From a plasmid, in sequence record NZ_CP017043.1: a stretch of DNA of 64,000 nt; one strand, written 5' to 3'. Under the pieces are notes generated by a model that was not told the origin of the DNA, did not search any database, and worked only from the letters and a program-made list of their open reading frames with translations. Shown here one piece after another: positions 29,569-38,337 of this stretch (within the stretch, counting starts at the first letter, position 1; each line of letters begins with the position of its first letter). The translations under genes were made by a program, and so were the position numbers.

Positions 29569-30129
29569 TTATTCGAGCTCTATTTCTCTTGACTTCGCAA
29601 TGGACTTCATTTCCTTAAAGTAATCTATAAGAGCAAAATATTTCCTTCGCATCAGTCGTTTGTCTACCGAATCTGCTGGGTAACGCTCATCAATATGCGA
29701 CATGAAATCTTCCAGAGATCTTTCAACACCGTCTCCACATTGAACAATATTGCGATCTACAAAATAGCGTATGTCTGACGGAAGGCCTGCATATCCAAGA
29801 GATATAATTTGTACGATGTTTTCGCTTGAATTTGTTAAATCATTTAAGTCAGCATGATGTAATATTGCTCCATCGAGCTTTGCATTTGATATATCCGCAC
29901 CTCGAAGATCTGCATAGGATAAATCTGCATCACGTAAGTCGGCAAATTGTAATTGAGCACCATATAAATCTGCTCCGCCGAGATCCGCGCGCCGCAAATC
30001 TATGCCGCGAAGTTTAGCATGACGTAAGCAAGCTCCACCAAGAAATGCGTTCTGCAGGTTACAGTGCGATAAATTCACCCTTTCCAAATCTGCACGTTGC
30101 CCCCTTCTTCCGAGAAAGCCCATTTCCAA
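29569..30129 (-). CDS. pentapeptide-repeat protein (186 aa)
   Basis: Tandem A(D/N)LxG pentapeptides: ADLRGADLGGADLYGAQLQFADLRDADLSYADLRGADISNAKL. Confidence 0.85.
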   Translation of the reverse strand: MEMGFLGRRGQRADLERVNLSHCNLQNAFLGGACLRHAKLRGIDLRRADLGGADLYGAQLQFADLRDADLSYADLRGADISNAKLDGAILHHADLNDLTNSSENIVQIISLGYAGLPSDIRYFVDRNIVQCGDGVERSLEDFMSHIDERYPADSVDKRLMRRKYFALIDYFKEMKSIAKSREIELE

Positions 30130-30387
30130 TGCAAGTCAAGAATATTTTTCAGTTGATCTTGTGTCAGCTTTCTTCCTTTTCTAAAAGATGGCTTTTTATT
30201 TCTCATCACAATGCTCCTCCTAAACGAGAGAGAAAACGGTCATCCTTCTGATATTTAACGCCGGATATATAAACAGACGTATCATCTTTACTGCCTCGAC
30301 TTTAGAAGAAACATCATTCCCCAGCCCATGATGCCAAGCAAAGCAACAACGACACGAGGGGCGGTGGACTCCACCCAAGCATTCAGA

Positions 30388-30594
30388 TCAACAACAATCA
30401 TCACAGGATTCTCCTAAGTCCTCGACCACCTGAATTTCCATAAAATCAGATTCAAAACAGGAACAGGATTGTTCCACAAGTTCATGGAGATTATCAAGAT
30501 TCTCCACCTTCTCACGCGCCTCATCTTCATCCTCCGCCTCGATCACGATCTCACCGGACAGATCATAAGAAAACGCAACCATGAATTTTCTCAT
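30388..30594 (-). CDS. small acidic Cys-rich protein (68 aa)
   Basis: Start MRKFMVAFSY with a GGAGG RBS 5 nt upstream. Very acidic, with a C-terminal CSCF...CDDCC. Confidence 0.4.
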   Translation of the reverse strand: MRKFMVAFSYDLSGEIVIEAEDEDEAREKVENLDNLHELVEQSCSCFESDFMEIQVVEDLGESCDDCC

Positions 30595-30669
30595 ACGATG
30601 ACCTCCTCTCGTGGTTCGTATATGATTTCCTTGCCAAGTTGTGCTCCCAGTTTTGGAGTACATAGATGG

Positions 30670-30745
30670 CATCCGCTTCGCGTCATCGCCGTTGTGATGC
30701 GAAGATACGCATCCCATTCCAGACCGCTCTACAAGAAACTCTATA
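30670..30745. repeat. 76-bp perfect direct repeat, copy 1
   Basis: catccgcttcgcgtcatcgccgttgtgatgcgaagatacgcatcccattccagaccgctctacaagaaactctata is identical to 32268-32343. It contains an imperfect hairpin cttcgcgtcatc..gatgcgaag. Confidence 0.9.
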
Positions 30746-30898
30746 ATGCTTTGTGTGCGGGTGATTGGCGCGGTGCATTACAATCGCTGCGGGATCATGG
30801 TCTATGGCGACATCGACGCTCCGTCCGACGGCACACGCAATACCGCTTGAAGCACCGCCGCCACCCGCAAAAACATCAACGATGATCTCATTCAGCAT
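30746..30898 (-). pseudogene. C5-cytosine DNA methyltransferase (dcm-like) N-terminal fragment, truncated after about 50 codons
   Basis: MLNEIIVDVFAGGGGASSGIACAVGRSVDVAIDHDPAAIVMHRANHP carries Dcm motif I (FxGxGG) and the following IDxD region. The frame then reads through the 76-bp repeat into nonsense and stops. No downstream methyltransferase motifs are present. Confidence 0.65.
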
Positions 30899-31256
30899 TT
30901 TCTAATTCCTCGAAATAGAACCTGATCGGCCGGTGCGCTTTATCGGTCTCTGTGATTACCCCATATTGCATGGCTATGTGAAAGATAAAAACCTTCTCCA
31001 GACGCTCCAATACGGTTCCGACATATTCGCGAAACTGCTCAATATCAAGCGTGCTTTTATAGTAATTGCATTTCCTGCACGCAGGTTTGTAGTTGGAGAG
31101 AGCGTTCTCTCCCCCTTTACGCAAAGGATAGACATGATCTACCCGCATTTTTTGGATGTTATCAATCTTTCTCCCACAGTACGCGCAGCGTCCCCCATAC
31201 ATTTCATAAACTTGACAGCGTACCTGCTGAGAAATGCGTTTTCTCTTCGTCTGCAT
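30888..31256 (-). CDS. HNH endonuclease
   Basis: CAYCGRKIDN...VDHVYPLRKGGENALSNYKPACRKCNYYK is the HNH/zinc-finger core. Confidence 0.8.
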   Translation of the reverse strand: MQTKRKRISQQVRCQVYEMYGGRCAYCGRKIDNIQKMRVDHVYPLRKGGENALSNYKPACRKCNYYKSTLDIEQFREYVGTVLERLEKVFIFHIAMQYGVITETDKAHRPIRFYFEELENAE

Positions 31257-31307
31257 TTCAACGCCTCCAAATCGACAACAACAGCAGTCTCAATCGCCGC
31301 TGTGGCG

Positions 31308-32216
31308 CTACGCAATATAATCCTCAAAGCGATCGCAGCTACGGAAGATGATTTTATTATTCACCCATCTCTGCAAACGTCGAGCGGTCACAGGAGCGTT
31401 GGGTTTATCGTAGACCATAATATATGGATCATACGCATGATCTTTGAGCCAGTAGACGCGCGCCAGGTCTTCCTCGTGCGTGCTCCAATAATTGACAAGC
31501 ACATATACGCGCCTCTTCCGGAAATCTGTGACAGATGTGCGTTTTGCAAAGGCAGATAACGCTCTAGGAACGCTCCAATCCTTTGGATTATCCCATGCAA
31601 AATGCAGCATTTTCACTTTACAGGCGCTGAGGAGATCCATATTTTCCGGTGTGAACAGTCGCGCGTCGAGACCTTGCGTAAAATCAATCCATGCGCCGCT
31701 ATGAGCAAGCTGTTCTAAAAGTTCCATATGCTCTTTTGCCGCCAAAATATTGGGATCAAGCAGCTTGATTATGCGTTCCCCATGCCAAAATTCATTGAGA
31801 TCCGCGACTTTGTGACTTTCATAACCTTCTTTCCAGCCAACGATGCAAAAGGGACATGCACGCGGGCAACCTCTCGTCAGAAAGCCATAAGCAATTCCTT
31901 GAATGTTATAGAGCGAATAATCCGGACGCATATGTTCAATATGCGCCGGAAGCTGTGCGGCGCTGGTAGTTCCCGTCCCTCCGATTTCTGCACCAATCTC
32001 CGCAAGGCGTATGGAAAGCCCTTGATTCTGCGTAAACACACAGGCTGCATAAAGTTTTTCATATGGCTGAAACAAATTATTCCCCAACAGGACATCTTCA
32101 GGATAAAGCAGATGAACCTGGTCGCCCTGTTTCTTATGCCACGCCGACAGCTTCATCAGGCACAAATTGGGGAATTTCCCACCATCTACGTCAATAAGGC
32201 CAATAGTCATCGCCAT
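31308..32216 (-). CDS. radical SAM domain protein with an N-terminal extension of about 110 aa
   Basis: CxxxCxxC cluster in FLTRGCPRACPFCIV at about aa 117. The N-terminal segment IGLIDVDGGKFPNLCLMKLSAWHKKQGDQV is an extra domain ahead of the radical-SAM core. Confidence 0.6.
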   Translation of the reverse strand: MAMTIGLIDVDGGKFPNLCLMKLSAWHKKQGDQVHLLYPEDVLLGNNLFQPYEKLYAACVFTQNQGLSIRLAEIGAEIGGTGTTSAAQLPAHIEHMRPDYSLYNIQGIAYGFLTRGCPRACPFCIVGWKEGYESHKVADLNEFWHGERIIKLLDPNILAAKEHMELLEQLAHSGAWIDFTQGLDARLFTPENMDLLSACKVKMLHFAWDNPKDWSVPRALSAFAKRTSVTDFRKRRVYVLVNYWSTHEEDLARVYWLKDHAYDPYIMVYDKPNAPVTARRLQRWVNNKIIFRSCDRFEDYIA

Positions 32217-32267
32217 CTTTCACTTCTTCCACACTCTGAACTTCTATGAACGATGAAGAAAAACAGA

Positions 32268-32343
32268 CATCCGCTTCGCGTCATCGCCGTTGTGATGCGA
32301 AGATACGCATCCCATTCCAGACCGCTCTACAAGAAACTCTATA
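32268..32343. repeat. 76-bp perfect direct repeat, copy 2
   Basis: Identical to 30670-30745. It overlaps the 3' end and stop of the 117-aa wHTH gene. Confidence 0.9.
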
Positions 32344-32692
32344 CCTCAGAATTGATCTCGTAGATGTTTCGGTAAAAATTGTTATTCTCGTCCCGTGTTT
32401 GAATTCGGGTAATATATCCACAATCCACCAGCTGCTTCATATACTTCGCATAGGTATTCTTGTTGATGTTAAGGTCATAGCAAATCTGATCTCTGGGGAG
32501 ACAATCCGTATCGCCATATGCGCAGAGATAAGAGTAAATTGTCTTTGCAATCACATGTAAGTTTGGATCCTGCATGACAGATGTGCCGACTATGCCAGCA
32601 CCGTGTTCAAGCACATTTCTGGGATGTTGTCTGATACGTTCTTCCGTCACCTGCATATTAGAGTCTTGTATGTTGCTCATGATGACCTCCAA
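32339..32692 (-). CDS. winged-helix DNA-binding protein, RepA_N-like (117 aa)
   Basis: AKTIYSYLCAYGDTDCLPRDQICYDLNINKNTYAKYMKQLVDCGYITRIQTRDENNNFYRNIYEI follows the RepA_N consensus shape. Its last codons and stop lie inside repeat copy 2. Confidence 0.55.
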   Translation of the reverse strand: MEVIMSNIQDSNMQVTEERIRQHPRNVLEHGAGIVGTSVMQDPNLHVIAKTIYSYLCAYGDTDCLPRDQICYDLNINKNTYAKYMKQLVDCGYITRIQTRDENNNFYRNIYEINSEV

Positions 32693-32742
32693 AAACTAAT
32701 AATCACGCACTTTCATGCTCTTCAACGTGCGCAAAATAACAG

Positions 32743-32997
32743 CTACTCGTTCATCGCATCTACAAGCCATTGAGGAGCAAGAACATTTTTTCCATCATGG
32801 TCAAATAAGACTTGATATGTTACAAAGAATTCTTCTGCCGCCTCTTCAGTGTAATGTTCTTCTGCCAACTCTCCATCTTCAGGACAAAGCGTTTTCCAAA
32901 AAGAACTTTCGAGAAGTTGTTTTATGGCAGTGTCTCTTGCCCCAAAGCCAATACGATAATACGGATAAAGCACGCGAGCATTTCCCATAACGTTCAC
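32743..32997 (-). CDS. hypothetical protein (84 aa)
   Basis: ORF track. Acidic, no TM. Confidence 0.35.
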   Translation of the reverse strand: MNVMGNARVLYPYYRIGFGARDTAIKQLLESSFWKTLCPEDGELAEEHYTEEAAEEFFVTYQVLFDHDGKNVLAPQWLVDAMNE

Positions 32998-33045
32998 CGC
33001 TTTCTCGATTTATCAATCATCTGCCGTAAAAACATTTTTACCTTT

Positions 33046-34656
33046 TTAGATACTATGACCATGAATGATCTCACTTCGCTCAGGAGCTTCATACATGCGC
33101 GAGAGAAAATAATCGTTCTCCTGATATTGAACACCAGCCACATCAACACTTCGGGTATCCATAATAATCGAGTATTTGTTCTTTTTACCGAGGATAGAAA
33201 TCACCTGCATATCTGTCTTGCATCCATAAAATTTACAAGTCTGTAACAGCTCATCAAACAAAACAGCCTTCATCCCGCATAAAGAAATATAATTCAGCCC
33301 AGGGTATTCAAATATATTTAGGCGACCTAAAGACGTACACTCATCCATTAGAATCAAGCATCTGTATCTCCCTTTCATTGGCTCTCCCTTATATCCAAAT
33401 ATCCAGAGCATTTCCAAGAACACACGAAAAATTTGGGATGGTTGGCAAGAATTACCCGGTGGAGTCACCAGATACAAAGATACGGGCTGCGTGTGATTCA
33501 TAAGATCTTTTATACAGAAATCACTTCTTTCCGTATGGTGTCTAAGCACTGGATCAAGATAATCTTTGAGTGCTGCATTTATGATGGACAGAATATAACA
33601 CGCCTGATTATTCGGTATTGACACGATTCCGTGAAGTTTATGGTCAATAATTTTTTGTACCTTTTCCGGTTCCTCTAAAGATATATATGGATACTCCAAG
33701 GGTGTATCATATATTTTCCAATCCAAAGGCATCCAGGCATAAACAGGAGCTCCGTCTTTATCGACCATTCCAACCGTATGATCCTGTATATATTGAGCAA
33801 CATCATAAAGAGATAGAGACTTTGGATGCCGATCTTGATCAGCGTGATATGTATTTTTGAGATGCAGGATGATTTTCGTAAGAACATCGGCAACTTCTTC
33901 TACAACGTCATCACATACCATCATTTTCCCCATCCGGATCAAGGCCGACGAAAGCGTCTTTGCTACAAATAGCTTGTCAGGGCTGTCCATCCGTATCTCG
34001 TCAAGAGGATTCCAGCACGCAGATGTATCATCTGTTGCTGTCGGCTCGAATTTGATTATCGTGTTCCCGAGCCGCTTTCGATAACCTGCGGTGACTTCCC
34101 AGTATTCGCCTTTAATATCATGCACGACTACACTAGATTTCCAACCGTCAAGGAGCGTCGGGATGATAAATCGATCGCTTCGTCTGTGATTCGACTCACC
34201 CTCAATCAATATATGATTACTGGAATTATCTCGTAAATATAGGGGCATAGGGTTCATGTGGCGTTCGACAAACCAATTATATGCTGCTGTCCTTTTATCC
34301 GCAGGAAGTATCTTAGTTAATGGGGGCACTACGCCACTAAGAATTGTGTCATACTGGCCAATTACAACACCTTCATCAGAGATCAGTCCCATCTTGGCAT
34401 ATTTTTTATAACTTCCCTGCTTATTCCCGTCCTCATATTTTTTACAGAAATGTATAAGTATCGCAGTCAATAAACTAAACGCAACAAATGGTGTAATTAG
34501 ACCGATCAAGGCAACATCTTCTGATACTGTAAAATTAAGAATCAGCACTACAATGCTGCAAAACGTCAATCCCAAGACGCTGAGCTTAACGGTAAACACA
34601 GCCGTTATAAGCATGAGAAAAAAGCAGAAAACAGTCCATAAATCAATATGTATCAT
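33046..34656 (-). CDS. VirD4/TraG-family coupling-protein paralog with a degenerate Walker A
   Basis: N-terminal TMs. HILIEGESNHRRSDRFIIPTLLDGWKSSVVVHDIKGEYWEVTAGYRKRLGNTIIKFEPTATDDTSACWNPLDEIR aligns to the 967-aa T4CP (HMLLMAPTRSGKGVCTIIPTGL...DPKGELWSLTSGYRKN...LKFQPLCTDGSAARWNPLAEVN). The P-loop lysine and glycines are replaced by RRSD. Walker B LILMDECTSLG is retained. Confidence 0.75.
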   Translation of the reverse strand: MIHIDLWTVFCFFLMLITAVFTVKLSVLGLTFCSIVVLILNFTVSEDVALIGLITPFVAFSLLTAILIHFCKKYEDGNKQGSYKKYAKMGLISDEGVVIGQYDTILSGVVPPLTKILPADKRTAAYNWFVERHMNPMPLYLRDNSSNHILIEGESNHRRSDRFIIPTLLDGWKSSVVVHDIKGEYWEVTAGYRKRLGNTIIKFEPTATDDTSACWNPLDEIRMDSPDKLFVAKTLSSALIRMGKMMVCDDVVEEVADVLTKIILHLKNTYHADQDRHPKSLSLYDVAQYIQDHTVGMVDKDGAPVYAWMPLDWKIYDTPLEYPYISLEEPEKVQKIIDHKLHGIVSIPNNQACYILSIINAALKDYLDPVLRHHTERSDFCIKDLMNHTQPVSLYLVTPPGNSCQPSQIFRVFLEMLWIFGYKGEPMKGRYRCLILMDECTSLGRLNIFEYPGLNYISLCGMKAVLFDELLQTCKFYGCKTDMQVISILGKKNKYSIIMDTRSVDVAGVQYQENDYFLSRMYEAPERSEIIHGHSI

Positions 34657-35009
34657 ACGATCACTACCTCTCTCGGCTCATATATAATCTCCTTTCCAAG
34701 CTGCTCTGCAAGAGCAAGTTCCTCCCGAACGCCTCTGCTGTTCTCCCAGTTCTGCAGCACATAGATGGCATCGGCGCAGCGCACCATCTCCTTGGTGATC
34801 TGCAAATAGGCCTCCCATTCCATTCCCCACGGCAATACCGCAGGGTTCAGAACGATACTGTCTTGCTCTTGCAGCCGCTGTTCTGCCACGGCAAATATCT
34901 GCTTATAGTCAGCAATACCAGTGATTGCCCCAGCAATGAAAACAATTTTTCCCTCAAGATTCATTTTTACTGTCCTCCATGTCGAAATGGTCTCCAAATC
35001 TACAATCAC
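34653..35009 (-). CDS. DUF4406-like protein (nucleoside 2-deoxyribosyltransferase-like fold)
   Basis: KIVFIAGAITG...VLNPAVLP...ADAIYVLQNWENSRGVREELALAEQLGKEIIY matches the DUF4406 pattern. ATGA overlap with the upstream gene. Confidence 0.55.
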   Translation of the reverse strand: MIVDLETISTWRTVKMNLEGKIVFIAGAITGIADYKQIFAVAEQRLQEQDSIVLNPAVLPWGMEWEAYLQITKEMVRCADAIYVLQNWENSRGVREELALAEQLGKEIIYEPREVVIV

Positions 35010-35512
35010 TGCAAATAATAGGCGCCTGATTCTATATCGCCGTATTGAAATTCATCATGATCTGTAATCTCAACAAGATCTGCTCCAAAAAAATGAGAGC
35101 CGTCTATATAAAATTTCCCAGCACGATATATTCCTGTCTCTATCATTTCCTCTCTCACTCGATATACGGGCTTTCCGTTTTCCAGGAGCACGACAACTTG
35201 ACTTCCCTTCTCCCAATTTGCCATAGATGCTAGGGCATCCTTTTTATGCAGGTAGAGCACCCCTTCACGAACGAGTTTTGCTTTATCGACGCCATCTGAG
35301 ATCGTGCAGCCTGTTGTTAGTACAGATTCACTGTCTGTTGATCGGATTTCACGTTCGTAAATTACCGCTCGATAAGCGACGAAAGTCTCTCCGGGATCTA
35401 CTGGAGATGTAAAAATATTTATGGCCGTAATGATGCCTCCAAACACAACCATTAGTACCATACTGGCGATTATTATGAACAAGAATTCGTCATCGTCTCT
35501 CATATCCAACAC
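35006..35512 (-). CDS. membrane-anchored hypothetical protein (168 aa)
   Basis: TM FIIIASMVLMVVFGGIITAINIF followed by an extracytoplasmic domain. It heads the operon with the two downstream genes. Confidence 0.5.
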   Translation of the reverse strand: MLDMRDDDEFLFIIIASMVLMVVFGGIITAINIFTSPVDPGETFVAYRAVIYEREIRSTDSESVLTTGCTISDGVDKAKLVREGVLYLHKKDALASMANWEKGSQVVVLLENGKPVYRVREEMIETGIYRAGKFYIDGSHFFGADLVEITDHDEFQYGDIESGAYYLQ

Positions 35513-35651
35513 CTTTCTAAACGCTCGTTAAATTCTCTTGCCTCGGATATAATCAGGTAGGTGACTGTAAATCACGATAAAAGACTTTTCTCAGCAACAA
35601 AAAATTGGTACAATAAACGCAAAATTTTTCGTTCCACGAAGGGGACTGACA

Positions 35652-35963
35652 ATGACAATGAAAATATCAGACTGCCTACGGAAAACCAGAAAACAACAAG
35701 GGTTATCACAGGCAGAAATGGCTGAGAAGCTACGGATAAACATGCGTACTTACCAAAACTACGAACGCGGAATAACAAAGTTTCCGGCCGAGGAGCTATA
35801 TAAGCTGGTGCTCATCTTTGGCATATCAGCAGATGATTTCTTCGAAATAGAGCGACATGATGCGCCTGTGCAGCAAGCACTCGATAATCTCAGAGCAGAG
35901 ATGAAACGCCAGCATAAGGAAATCCGGGAGCTCCTCGCTGCATGCCTTCCTGATAAAGGTTGA
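35652..35963 (+). CDS. XRE-family HTH transcriptional regulator
   Basis: LRKTRKQQGLSQAEMAEKLRINMRTYQNYERG is an HTH_3 motif. Confidence 0.8.
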   Translation: MTMKISDCLRKTRKQQGLSQAEMAEKLRINMRTYQNYERGITKFPAEELYKLVLIFGISADDFFEIERHDAPVQQALDNLRAEMKRQHKEIRELLAACLPDKG

Positions 35964-35969
35964 CGCAGC

Positions 35970-36164
35970 CTAATTCCACCAGTATGTGAGGTCAACCCCT
36001 AGTGCCTGACTCAAAACTTCAAGTGTAGCAATGTTTTTGGGGCGCATCCGATCACGTTCCCAGTTATAAATAGAACGGCGTGTGAAGCCGGTAATCCCTG
36101 CAAGATCCGTCTGTGAAAAGCCTCGTTCCTCTCGTAAGTTCCGAAGCCTTTCCCCGAACGTCAT
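35970..36164 (-). CDS. XRE-family HTH transcriptional regulator (64 aa)
   Basis: LRNLREERGFSQTDLAGITGFTRRSIYNWERD. Confidence 0.8.
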   Translation of the reverse strand: MTFGERLRNLREERGFSQTDLAGITGFTRRSIYNWERDRMRPKNIATLEVLSQALGVDLTYWWN

Positions 36165-36733
36165 GGCTCTCCATTGACAGTTTCAAAATACCTGCCAATG
36201 ACCTCGATTACCTGGAGCAGCGTCTGATGAAGCTCTTCCAGGCGCAATTCCTCGATTTTGTAAAAATTCGTTTTACAAGACAGCATTTTGTTGATTCGAC
36301 AGATGTCTGACTCGAGTTTACGATAGATGGGATGTACTACCCATTTTCCCTCTGTGTGCATGGAGATGAATGAATCAAACTCCTGCTGAACGCCAGTGAT
36401 ATAATCTGTAAGATGAATGATCTGCTGGATGTGGATCTTATCAAAATTGGAGATGTGGATCTCAGCCGAAATTTTTTTCAGCTGCTTTTTGCTCATGTCG
36501 ATGTACTGATCTATCAGTAGTGATAGCTCTGATACACCGCCCACAGCTAATATCTGCCGATATTTCCGTATCTGTTGCTCCAACTTGCGATTCTCACGCT
36601 TCAAGCTCTCGTAGTCTGCCGGAGTAATCTTAACAATACGTTCAATCTTGGGCTCACGGGATTCCAGCGCTTGAATTTTCTCCTCGAGTTCACGGATATA
36701 TTCCGCTCTATTTTTCTCGATCTCGACTGACAT
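36161..36733 (-). CDS. coiled-coil hypothetical protein (190 aa)
   Basis: ORF track. Heptad-rich N-terminal half. 4-nt overlap with the downstream XRE gene. Confidence 0.5.
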   Translation of the reverse strand: MSVEIEKNRAEYIRELEEKIQALESREPKIERIVKITPADYESLKRENRKLEQQIRKYRQILAVGGVSELSLLIDQYIDMSKKQLKKISAEIHISNFDKIHIQQIIHLTDYITGVQQEFDSFISMHTEGKWVVHPIYRKLESDICRINKMLSCKTNFYKIEELRLEELHQTLLQVIEVIGRYFETVNGEP

Positions 36734-36968
36734 AGTATGCCTCCCTCTAAGCCCTTGTATAATGCCTCTTGTGCCTCCTTTTGATATTTGCTATAATCAA
36801 AATGGAGTTTGCACGATGAAGATTGACTGTGGATAGTCTTGTATCAGCATGGCGCAGATTCTGTTTCACATATCCGTACCGTCCCATCGGTACGGATATT
36901 TTTTTGAACGGCATGATAATCCACCATCTTTCTGAAACTCGCCAAAGGTATGGGGTCTACGAATATTC

Positions 36969-37265
36969 CTAGATGACGTAATATCTCATCATGCGCGAAA
37001 AATCATATCCATTCGTCCCACGGTATTCAGAGAGGCGGATCAGGTTCTCGTTTTGCTCAGCCTGTTCGGCCTCGTCATACATATATTTGACTTCGATCAG
37101 CTGCGCATCAATGCGCTGCGCAAATCTACGCACAAGGTCACGGAAAGTACGCGTTGACATATTTACATCACTGACCAGCCACTTCTGTCCACTATCAAGC
37201 CTTGCAAGACATTTTCGATAGTTTCCGCAAGCAAACTTGACATCATGGATCTTCCATTCGATCAT
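36969..37265 (-). CDS. hypothetical protein (98 aa)
   Basis: ORF track. No recognisable motif. Confidence 0.4.
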   Translation of the reverse strand: MIEWKIHDVKFACGNYRKCLARLDSGQKWLVSDVNMSTRTFRDLVRRFAQRIDAQLIEVKYMYDEAEQAEQNENLIRLSEYRGTNGYDFSRMMRYYVI

Positions 37266-37285
37266 GATCTCTTGCCCCCTGCGGC

Positions 37286-37483
37286 TTAAACTTCAAGATA
37301 TTGCTCTTCAAAAAAACGACGGTTTGTCTTGCCGCGAATCGTAAATTTACCGCGTTTCCGCAGCTCTTCATTGAGTTCAGCAATGATCTTATACGCCTTG
37401 GACATAGAGATTGCACAAATCTCCGAAACCTCTGCGGGTGTAATGAAGTTGCTCGTGGATTTTTTATATTGCATACTCTTCAC
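37286..37483 (-). CDS. xis: excisionase/MerR-like small HTH DNA-binding protein
   Basis: 65 aa. ITPAEVSEICAISMSKAYKIIAELNEELRKRGKFTIRGK is a typical Xis-type HTH. It lies next to the integrase module. Confidence 0.6.
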   Translation of the reverse strand: MKSMQYKKSTSNFITPAEVSEICAISMSKAYKIIAELNEELRKRGKFTIRGKTNRRFFEEQYLEV

Positions 37484-37489
37484 ATCCTC

Positions 37490-37720
37490 TCAGCCCGCAT
37501 TCGCGGGCTTTTTATTTCCCTGCTCCCCACCAACCTCAAGCAATCTATACCACTCGTTTGAAAACCCCAAAACAGCAGCAATGCGCTTTGCCACTTCTGG
37601 AGAAGGACGGCGGGTTCCTTTTTCGATAAAGTTATAATATTGCCGGCTGATGGCGCATTTCTTTGCGACATCCACCTGCGACAGATTCCCTTTGATGCGC
37701 ATTTCTGTCAACCATTTCAT
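37490..37720 (-). CDS. XRE-family HTH regulator (76 aa)
   Basis: LTEMRIKGNLSQVDVAKKCAISRQYYNFIEKG. Confidence 0.8.
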   Translation of the reverse strand: MKWLTEMRIKGNLSQVDVAKKCAISRQYYNFIEKGTRRPSPEVAKRIAAVLGFSNEWYRLLEVGGEQGNKKPANAG

Positions 37721-37874
37721 TTTTTCACCACCTAATTGCTACATTCTGTTGACAAGAAGATAATACGTCATATTTTCCTTCCTGTCAACATAGTGTAGCT
37801 AATTATTTCGAATAGCTATATTCTGTTGCATCCATTGATGTTGCTACAAATAGTTGACATAATGTAACAGGGGG

Positions 37875-38234
37875 TTGCAGATGAACAGAATGAAATTATT
37901 GCGTGAGCAACACAACCTGAGTCAAACAGATCTAGCTAAAAAGTTAAATATAAGCCGACAGTCATATAATTTCTACGAAAATGAAAAGCGGGATCCAGAT
38001 ACCGCAATGCTAGTTCGAATAGCCGATTTCTTTAATGTCAGCCTGGATTATCTGCTTGGTCGAACAAACGACCCTTCACCGATCGTAAAAGAAATGACTC
38101 CCTCCTATCAGGAGGAAGTCATACAGGATCTTGAGGATATTACACCAGATATGGCCAGCGAAATACGTCAGTATATCAGCTATCTAAAACACAAAAAAGG
38201 AGCTGCTGAAATGGGTATTACGAAAAAAAAGTAG
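37875..38234 (+). CDS. XRE-family HTH regulator (119 aa)
   Basis: LLREQHNLSQTDLAKKLNISRQSYNFYENEKR. Divergent to the minus-strand XRE gene, giving a switch-like arrangement. Confidence 0.8.
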   Translation: MQMNRMKLLREQHNLSQTDLAKKLNISRQSYNFYENEKRDPDTAMLVRIADFFNVSLDYLLGRTNDPSPIVKEMTPSYQEEVIQDLEDITPDMASEIRQYISYLKHKKGAAEMGITKKK

Positions 38235-38337
38235 TACCTTTTTATCCCGTGATCTCAGGATTTACATAAAGCTTTTCAAAAAATGAAGTCTTTGTGCTTC
38301 TATTACAGAAACAGCACTTGAGAAAGGCGATGATCTC

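Noticed and set aside
30469-30885. 138-aa plus-strand ORF spanning repeat copy 1
   Set aside because: It is antisense to the dcm fragment and the small acidic gene. It is His/Arg-rich shadow sequence.
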